Source of the DNA: a virus
Taxonomy: Duplodnaviria > Heunggongvirae > Uroviricota > Caudoviricetes
IMG/VR virus record: IMGVR_UViG_2645728048_000030
DNA: 35,944 nt
Strand: one strand, 5' to 3'
The position numbers and the translations under genes are program-made. Every line of letters begins with the position of its first letter. Within the stretch, counting starts at the first letter, position 1. The notes below the pieces were generated by a model. It ran no database searches. It was not told the DNA's origin and saw nothing but the letters and a program-made list of their open reading frames with translations. This document shows positions 29,084-35,944 of this stretch, in pieces.

Positions 29084-29403
29084 TTTGCGGCCCTCAGAAT
29101 AAATTCAGGATAAAATTTCAGACTCATTTGCCGTAACACATCCAGTGCAGCAACGGCTGCTGATTTATCGTTGCCATCAGCAATAGCGCGGAGATTTTCA
29201 ATAATCCAGTGAGGACTCAGTGACTCAGCAATAATGCCAAACCGGTACGCCATGACCTCATCAATAGCTTTTTCATGAGACGTCTCATATACAAAATTCA
29301 CAAAGTCATGCACTTCTTTTTTCGGCAAACCACCGGCAATCAGCAGGGCGGCAAGCTCTTCTGATTTTGAAAATACACCATTATTCATATCACTCACCTT
29401 CAC
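29080..29403 (-). CDS. Hypothetical early protein
   Basis: 107 codons, tiled with neighbours. Confidence 0.6.
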   Translation of the reverse strand: MKVSDMNNGVFSKSEELAALLIAGGLPKKEVHDFVNFVYETSHEKAIDEVMAYRFGIIAESLSPHWIIENLRAIADGNDKSAAVAALDVLRQMSLKFYPEFILRAAK

Positions 29404-29572
29404 AATTCATGCACGCCGTGTCATCGCCCATATCACAGTGGTTGCATTTCTGCCCGCCACAATGAGGGCACTCTTTCAGATATTCAGGGGATTCATTACC
29501 GCAGGTCGGGCATTCCTGTTTCACCGTGGTAAATTTCCCCAGCCACGAATACGATGTTTCACTGTTTTCCAT
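29390..29572 (-). CDS. Small zinc-ribbon protein
   Basis: 60 codons with CPTCG...CPHCG...CNHC...CMNC. Confidence 0.5.
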   Translation of the reverse strand: MENSETSYSWLGKFTTVKQECPTCGNESPEYLKECPHCGGQKCNHCDMGDDTACMNCEGE

Positions 29573-30089
29573 TAGTTACCTCCGCCTGTTTTTGCGCCCG
29601 GATAAATTCGTCAGAAAGGATTTCAGTCATGCGGCCTTGCGCGGGTGTCATCCCCGTCATGACGTAAATCACATCACCAACACGGAACCACTGGAGCGGC
29701 CCGAATATTGTTGCGCTGAAATCCAGTCCCAGTGCGGGTAAAAGAGCGTCTGTGCGGGCGTAAGTGACCGGAATATTCTCCTGCCATATTTTCGCCAGCT
29801 CTCTTGCCTGCCCCCTGAGATGAGCAGGTATCCACGAAGTTCTGGGCCTGCAACTGTTACCTGATGCGGGCCGTTGTACGGTCCACAGCTCCCGCGAGAA
29901 GGGGCGCTCATTCCCCGGAAAATTCACACCATGAAAATGACGCCCACCAATACCTGTACTGAATACTGACCGGCAACCACAGTCCAGAACCTTATCAAGA
30001 TGGCGGGCTTCTTCGCGTAGTTTCAGGCAGTCCGCCATAAACTGGTCCCATGCCAGCAGTGCTGTGGGATTTGACGTTTTAAAAAACAT
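29559..30089 (-). CDS. Hypothetical early protein
   Basis: Internal ATG at codon 14 with GGAGGTG SD, overlapping the upstream stop as ATGA; 176 codons. Confidence 0.6.
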   Translation of the reverse strand: MFFKTSNPTALLAWDQFMADCLKLREEARHLDKVLDCGCRSVFSTGIGGRHFHGVNFPGNERPFSRELWTVQRPASGNSCRPRTSWIPAHLRGQARELAKIWQENIPVTYARTDALLPALGLDFSATIFGPLQWFRVGDVIYVMTGMTPAQGRMTEILSDEFIRAQKQAEVTNGKQ

Positions 30090-30619
30090 CACGCCACCTC
30101 CTGCACCGCTGCGGGAGCCGGAGAACAATCAAGAATGAGATAACGCAGTACATGGTCGGTGATATTCCAGGCGCTGGAACTGCAAATAAAACGCCCCAGC
30201 CGGATATCGATATAAGCCATCACAAAACGGGGCATTCCCTGTTCGCACATTCTGTTGTCCACTTCTGCAACGATGTGAACGGATTCACAGGTCAGCACGC
30301 CTGTTGCAAATTCTTTTGCCAGTGCCGGAATGGCATTGCCTTCCAGCCAGGGCAATGGGCGGCGGAAGGAACACCACGCGGCATCATCAACAGCAGACTG
30401 CTCAGTTGCGTTTCGTCTTACAGGCTGCTCTGTACGGGGACGCGGTACGTCGTAAAAACCATTAAGTTCAGTCAGCATTCCGGCATCAACCGCATCACGC
30501 AGGAAGTACACCATTGCGGAGGATGGCATCTGCATTTTTTCAGCCAGAACCCCGCAGGTCAGGCGTCCGTAAGCCCGTAATAATGTGCTGACACCATTCA
30601 GAATTTTTGCATCAACCAT
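30089..30619 (-). CDS. Hypothetical early protein with possible N-terminal winged-helix
   Basis: 176 codons, first ORF downstream of gam. Confidence 0.55.
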   Translation of the reverse strand: MVDAKILNGVSTLLRAYGRLTCGVLAEKMQMPSSAMVYFLRDAVDAGMLTELNGFYDVPRPRTEQPVRRNATEQSAVDDAAWCSFRRPLPWLEGNAIPALAKEFATGVLTCESVHIVAEVDNRMCEQGMPRFVMAYIDIRLGRFICSSSAWNITDHVLRYLILDCSPAPAAVQEVA

Positions 30620-30717
30620 GTTTTATTCCTCAGTAATCTGTTTCAGGCGCGAGCAATCCCCTGACGCATCGCGCCATAATTAAAAGAATGTGAATTAATT
30701 AAATATTAATGGTGGTA

Positions 30718-31242
30718 TTAAATACCTGCTTCCTGTTCAAACGGAATAATGGAAAAATCTTCAATTCCCGATTTAACCGTAATTCCGGCAACACCTGCGA
30801 CGGCTTTTGGTTCCAGTAAAATCGCCTCCTTGTTGATTTCCTGCTTCGTGCGAATAAAGCGTTGCAGGCCAAGACGCTCCAGCGTTTCCATTACGGCATC
30901 CACGCCGCGAATACTCACTGATGGCGGGCGTTGACGCCATGACACATCGCCGGTGACAAGATTTGCCGTCTTCACTTTGCCGCCGTTCGTCAGTTCGTCG
31001 CGGTTCGCTTCACACCATCCCTGAACGCCTTTTGAAAGGGTTTCAATATCGGTTTTAATCGGTGCAATCCGGGCCGCAAATTTCTCCGTAATTTCCGCGA
31101 TGGCATCATTCATTTCCGTTTCCAGACGTGATGCTTCGCGCTGTAAATCCCCGATGCGTTTAATATCGGTAATCACCGCATCGCGGTTTTGTGGCACATA
31201 AGCCGCTGCGGCACTTTTGATGCGTTTTGCTGGTTTAGCCAT
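30718..31242 (-). CDS. gam: Gam, host-nuclease inhibitor / DNA-end binding protein
   Basis: 174 codons, recognised sequence. Confidence 0.9.
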   Translation of the reverse strand: MAKPAKRIKSAAAAYVPQNRDAVITDIKRIGDLQREASRLETEMNDAIAEITEKFAARIAPIKTDIETLSKGVQGWCEANRDELTNGGKVKTANLVTGDVSWRQRPPSVSIRGVDAVMETLERLGLQRFIRTKQEINKEAILLEPKAVAGVAGITVKSGIEDFSIIPFEQEAGI

Positions 31243-31261
31243 AAATTAAAGCTCCTGTTAA

Positions 31262-31561
31262 TTAATATCCGCTGTATACAATGCTGGATACAGCACGATT
31301 GCTTAATTCCATCTTTCGGGCAATGACATGAATATCCAGCCCTTCTTTATAAAGTTCACGACACAAATATTTGTCGTGCTCACTGATTCGGTATATACAC
31401 AATGATATTCCGTGCCTTCTGGCATGTGCCCGGAGGGCGGTTGTGGCGACTTTCAGTTTTTCCGCCATTTCTTCAACGGTCATTTTCCCGACGTTGGCTT
31501 CGATAAATTCCCGGTCTTCGCGTGACCAGCGCTTACGATTACACTTCATGTCAGCCACCAT
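31262..31561 (-). CDS. Hypothetical protein with helix-turn-helix-like segment
   Basis: 99 codons; EEMAEKLKVATTALRAHARRHGI resembles an HTH. Confidence 0.5.
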   Translation of the reverse strand: MVADMKCNRKRWSREDREFIEANVGKMTVEEMAEKLKVATTALRAHARRHGISLCIYRISEHDKYLCRELYKEGLDIHVIARKMELSNRAVSSIVYSGY

Positions 31562-32005
31562 TCAGTACAACAGAGGCTCGCGCAGTGATGCCGGAATATG
31601 CCGCAGCGATAACTGAACTGCTTTCAGGGCAAGCGAGGAATAACAGCAGCGCGCCCAGCCTTTTGCCATTAACCGGTAATCGCGCCAGATACGCTGCCAC
31701 ATATCACGGGCTTTCGGGTCTGATACACAGATGTATTCACGGTCCATGACGTACTCCCATAAATCCACGTTAAACGCATCGCCAGACGCAATGGCGCGGG
31801 ATATGCTTTCGCCACAATAACGCGCACAGATGCTGTAATGGTCGAAAGTAATTAGGTAAGTCTTTTCACCATAACCATCAACTTTCCGGGCGCAAATAAA
31901 CTCGCGTAATTCACCACCGTTGTTATTGCGTTCCTGAATTCGGATTAATGCCTGAATTTCATTTCGGATTTTGACGTTCATTGTCAGCGTTCCTTTCAGT
32001 GGCAT
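31562..32005 (-). CDS. Hypothetical early protein
   Basis: 147 codons, tiled with neighbours. Confidence 0.55.
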   Translation of the reverse strand: MPLKGTLTMNVKIRNEIQALIRIQERNNNGGELREFICARKVDGYGEKTYLITFDHYSICARYCGESISRAIASGDAFNVDLWEYVMDREYICVSDPKARDMWQRIWRDYRLMAKGWARCCYSSLALKAVQLSLRHIPASLREPLLY

Positions 32006-32259
32006 GTTTTTTCAACAGCCATTTCAGTGACACGGCCACCGGTGATGACACCATCGTTTTTCAAAATCTCAATAGCTTCATGGGCTGACTCATTAATTAC
32101 TTTCTGGCTTTTATTAAGCACCAGTAACGCCACCATGCCAGCAAGTGTACCCTCATCACCGTCCAGTTCCGCACTACCGTCCACCGCAATGCTGGTGCGC
32201 AAATTCCGTCCTTTAATTCCAGATACTGTATTTTTAATTTCAATAATTACTTTTGCCAT
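31996..32259 (-). CDS. Hypothetical early protein
   Basis: 87 codons, ATG with AAGGTG SD; the fully overlapping plus-strand ORF is rejected. Confidence 0.55.
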   Translation of the reverse strand: MAKVIIEIKNTVSGIKGRNLRTSIAVDGSAELDGDEGTLAGMVALLVLNKSQKVINESAHEAIEILKNDGVITGGRVTEMAVEKTCH

Positions 32260-32270
32260 TTTGTTTCACC

Positions 32271-32501
32271 TTATTGATTCTGAATAACCGCGCTGGCTTT
32301 TACCTTCGCGCCTTTTACCTGTTTAAAGAAAACTGCGCTGCACCACGGACAACATGTCATGGAATCCCGAATTTCCTTTTCGGGTGAGCATTGCGTCATA
32401 ATCTGTTCACCACATCCGGGGCATTTATATGTCGTCAGCGGCACCCCGTGGCACTGACAGTGTTTAACCCATTCAATATATTTTTCAGCTTTAATACACA
32501 T
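32271..32501 (-). CDS. Small Cys-rich (zinc-binding) protein
   Basis: Internal ATG at codon 9 with GGAGA SD; CxCH...CPGCG...CCPWC motifs. Confidence 0.5.
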   Translation of the reverse strand: MCIKAEKYIEWVKHCQCHGVPLTTYKCPGCGEQIMTQCSPEKEIRDSMTCCPWCSAVFFKQVKGAKVKASAVIQNQ

Positions 32502-32503
32502 CG

Positions 32504-32731
32504 TTATCTCCAGATAATCTGGCAACCATTAAGACGGGCCGTCCATACAGAACGGGCAACTCCGGATTTATGCTCCATAATTCTGACCGCGTTTTTTACC
32601 AGTTCCACCGGTGGGTAAGTGATTTCAAGAATCGGACGCGCCACGCCGAGATATGATTCATTTACATGACTCCCGCGCGCCTGTAACCAGTTCTGCGCAT
32701 CCGTTGCCATTTTTATATTTCGGGCCATCAT
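32504..32731 (-). CDS. Small protein immediately after B (position of Mu kil)
   Basis: 75 codons, AAGGAGA SD; identified by position only, sequence not recognised. Confidence 0.45.
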
Positions 32732-32746
32732 AATTTCTTCTCCTTC

Positions 32747-33685
32747 TTAATTACGCAGCAGCGTTGAAATATCAACGTCCAGGTCTAATTCACGGAAAGC
32801 CTGACGCAGATAATCTTCGTTAACACGCTCACCTTTACCGTGAGCCGTCATGGCTGCAAGGCGAAGTGAATGATTCAGAATGCGAAGCGCACCTGGTTTC
32901 TGCGCAATCTGCTGTAATAACTCCAGTTCTTTTTCGCCGTTAATCTGCCAGGCATCCGCAATAGCTTTTACATCGGCTTTTTTGGTTTTATTAATTGCAG
33001 TGCGCTTTGCAATACGGGAAAACAGACGGGCAAATTCAACCGTTCTGTTACCCCCCGTCATATTTGAATAAACCCGGTGATTTCCCATCAGCACAAGGCC
33101 AATACGGGTTGATTCCTGTAACAGGCGGAGTTCTTCCAGAACTTCGGCACCAAGATGATCAGCTTCGTCGATGATAACCAGCCCCTGTGTACCTTCAAGG
33201 CGACGTCGCAGGGCGCGGGAGAGCGGCCCTTTACGGCGTGGTGCGTCATTCATTCCCAGCTCAAACGCCAGTTCAGTAAGACATTCCAGAACGCTGGCAC
33301 AGGATGGCGTAATGGTGATCATCCAGACATTGTTATTGGTGCGGCGATATTCACGGGCCGCTTCGGTTTTGCCCACACCAGGATTGCCACATACAACAGC
33401 AATACTTTCAGTCAGGCTGGCAAAACGCATACTTGTCCAGATTTGTTTTACCGTCTGCGTTTCCACAAAGCGGGGCGGTTCAGGTAGTTCTGCAACTGCA
33501 TGATATTTTTCCAGCCAGCGTTGCAGCATTTGTGAAACACGCTCGTTATCCCCGTTGTACTTATCATTGATAAAACTACTGATAGTTCCGGTAGAAAGTC
33601 CGCTCTCAAGAGCAATTTGTTTAAAGGTGGTTTCTTCATTTTCTACAAGCGTGCGCAGTCCTGCGCGAATATCGGAAATATTCAT
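32747..33685 (-). CDS. B: MuB, ATP-dependent target-DNA activator
   Basis: 312 codons; Walker A GNPGVGKT present; recognised. Confidence 0.92.
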   Translation of the reverse strand: MNISDIRAGLRTLVENEETTFKQIALESGLSTGTISSFINDKYNGDNERVSQMLQRWLEKYHAVAELPEPPRFVETQTVKQIWTSMRFASLTESIAVVCGNPGVGKTEAAREYRRTNNNVWMITITPSCASVLECLTELAFELGMNDAPRRKGPLSRALRRRLEGTQGLVIIDEADHLGAEVLEELRLLQESTRIGLVLMGNHRVYSNMTGGNRTVEFARLFSRIAKRTAINKTKKADVKAIADAWQINGEKELELLQQIAQKPGALRILNHSLRLAAMTAHGKGERVNEDYLRQAFRELDLDVDISTLLRN

Positions 33686-33723
33686 CTGAATAACCTCGTA
33701 ATTAAATTTTGTTTAAACGTTAA

Positions 33724-35715
33724 TTAAATGGCTTTTTTACGTCTGTTCTGTTCCAGAATATCCAGCGAATGATTCAGATATTCATCACGCTCAGTTTCGT
33801 ATTCATCATCACGCTCCTGATTCTTCACTCGTTCCGTATTACCGGAAGGCCGGAAAATGCCGACAATTCGTGATTCTGGTGCTTCAGGTTCGGCTATCTG
33901 CGGCAGCAGCTCTGCCACTTCCAGTGCATCCATTTGTTTCTGTGCCTTAATCGCTGCTTTCGTCGCAGATTTCAGTTGTTTCTGGCGGCGGCGATATTCA
34001 CGACCTGCCGCAGCATCATTAAACGCAACAGGTGCCAGACATTCCGCTTCACAGATAAACCGACCGTCCAGGGTGTAGCAATAAACCGTGCTGTGTAACT
34101 GCTGTGGATCAAATCTGACCACAACTTTTTTCACTCCGGCATTCATTAACGCCATGTTGTAATAAACGTTTTTCGCGCCTTTAAGGGAGCCGCCAACTTT
34201 AAGCGTAAACTCGCCTTTGCGTGAAACGTTCACCGCCTCGGCAGGCAGTAACAGCATCCGTTTTTGCTCTTCGGTAGGCTTACGCACAATCGTTCTGGCG
34301 TATTCACGCTCAAAAACGTCATCAAACGAAAGTTTGCCTCCGCACATTTCTGTTTCACGGCCTGTTCTGGCATTGAACATCGCCACACCTTCGGCAAGGG
34401 TTTTCAGAAACAGCTCTGCATCAACAGCGCGGTCGCCATAGTTATCAGGTTTTGCCTGCGGATTAGGCCCCGTATATGCGCCAGCCAGTGCCGGATGCTT
34501 ATCAACGTATTCCTCAAGCCCACCAACACCGAAAGCACGTTCAACAGGTTTTGCCTGGCCCCAGCCTTTACCAGCAACAACGCTTGTCCAGTGCATTTTC
34601 GCACCCATCAGTAAAAACAGCCCTTTTGGATCGTCCTCTTTTACCTTAAAGCGGTAGCGATTGGGCGCGCCTCCCGTCAGCCATTTATTCGCAGCACCAC
34701 GGGTGTTATCAATGGTGATGTGAAAATCCTCCGGGATACCGTAGCGAGTCACAACATCCATGAACGAGAGGCGAATTGAATCAATGTTCTCGCTCACATC
34801 GCAGCGCCAGCCCAGAATTTTTCGGGTTTTCACATCCTGCCAGAACCATGTTTTCGGACGGATCACATCACCGTTAAACCAGCGTACAAAGACGTTATGC
34901 AGATAACCGTCGCCGTTGATCCACTGCATGGCGTCCAGGTGTTCCACAGTTCGCTGCTGTGCCGGTATCAGATGCATCAGTGCATGTTCACCTTCACGAC
35001 AGGCAACAACCATTGCCTCGTCCAGTTGCTGAATCCGGCGAAAGGCCGTGGCACGGGAGGGAATACTCCAGCCATGCTCGCGGGCTGCCAGTTCCAGACG
35101 CTCATAACATTTGCGGAAAGCGGGTTTTTCCGGTCGCAGATAATCTGCAATCAGAAACTGCCAGGCATCCTCGTCAAATTCACTTTTGTGAACATTGCGA
35201 CGGGATGCTCCACGTCCATCAACAAGTGCAGCCGCCCAGTCAGGCTTCGCAAACTTCTGTACCTGGTAATACTTGTCCCGCAAAGTGGATGCGCTGACCT
35301 GGTAATGCCCTGCAACGGTCGCAAAAGCCGTTTTCGTTGAAATCCCCTGGTTCAGCATTTCGTCTGCAGCCTGAACCGCAGGCAACCATTTTTCAGCAAG
35401 TCTGCGCTGGGAATCGCTGGCGTTATCCCATTTGCTCCACAGTGCCTCACGATCATAATCATGGGCTTCCAGCGTGGGGCGGGCGATTTCAAAATACCCC
35501 AGGCTTGTTTCAATCTCTCCTTGTCTCAGCAATAACGCCGCTTTCGCTTCAACAGGTAAAGAGTTCGCATTGTATTCAATTGCTTTACCACCTTTGACAC
35601 CTGCTCTAGTGCGGTTTTGCCATCCTTGCTTTTTAGCAACATAAATCACACCAGCCGATGTTTTCGGCAAACCAGGAAGATTCGCACACTCTTTCGGTGA
35701 TACCCAAAGTTCCAT
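33724..35715 (-). CDS. A: MuA DDE transposase
   Basis: Internal ATG at codon 4 gives [16 protein letters not shown]... and 663 codons; AGGTGA SD; begins 1 nt after the ner stop. Confidence 0.95.
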
Positions 35716-35716
35716 G

Positions 35717-35944
35717 TTACTCACCTGCTTGATATCGGCTAGGCCAGATTACTTCCGGTTTAGTTTCTAAGGCGTTAGCAATAATCTGCTCACCCTTTGG
35801 CCAGTGTCGTTCTAGCGCATTAGCTAATGTAGTTGGCGCATAACCAAACTGCCGGGAAAGAGCTGATAAAGAGAGCTTTCTTTTCTTAAGTCCCGCAATC
35901 ACATCCGCACGATGCCAATCACGGGCCTTTTCGTTGGAACACAT
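35717..35944 (-). CDS. ner: Ner, negative regulator of early transcription
   Basis: 75 codons [21 protein letters not shown]..., recognised; start codon is the last triplet of the window. Confidence 0.9.

Larger units (their letters stand above)
1..35944 (-). mobile_element. Mu-like transposable phage genome, internal portion from ner to mom, both ends outside the window
   Basis: Colinear Mu gene order on the minus strand; Ner, MuA, MuB, Gam, Mor, C, Gin, Com and Mom proteins recognised from memory; gix-flanked invertible segment present. Confidence 0.9.

Noticed and set aside
32027-32287. 86-codon plus-strand ORF
   Set aside because: Fully overlaps a minus-strand ORF that has a good SD (AAGGTG) and fits the operon tiling; the plus frame has neither.
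1-35944. Search for CRISPR arrays, tRNA or rRNA genes, integrase and attachment sites
   Set aside because: No regularly spaced direct repeats, no tRNA-like structures seen; the element uses DDE transposition (A/B), and its ends lie outside the window.

Overview
The window is the interior of a bacteriophage Mu-type transposable prophage, reverse-complemented, running from the stop codon of mom (position 1) to the start codon of ner (position 35944). Almost every supported gene is on the minus strand and in Mu order: ner, A transposase, B, eleven small early ORFs including gam, gemA, mor, three small middle-operon ORFs, C, a lysis cassette, terminase, portal, head, contractile tail, baseplate and S-U fibre genes. 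The fibre genes sit in a gix-flanked invertible G segment that carries silent alternative genes on the plus strand, followed by gin, com and mom. Repressor c, the operators, attL, attR and host flanks lie outside the window. No tRNA, rRNA or CRISPR array was seen. I found no inserted cargo or new system: gene count and order match Mu. The most unusual items are a plus-strand ORF with a strong Shine-Dalgarno sequence in the gap upstream of gemA, a fibre gene S that looks mosaic with a direct repeat bracketing its gix site, dyad hairpins at the ends of the early and middle operons, and a possible frameshift site between the tail chaperone and tape-measure genes. Motif coordinates were read by eye and may be off by a few nucleotides; CDS coordinates come from the ORF track, adjusted to internal ATGs where stated. 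Names of Mu genes rest on recollection of Mu proteins and on position, not on a database search.
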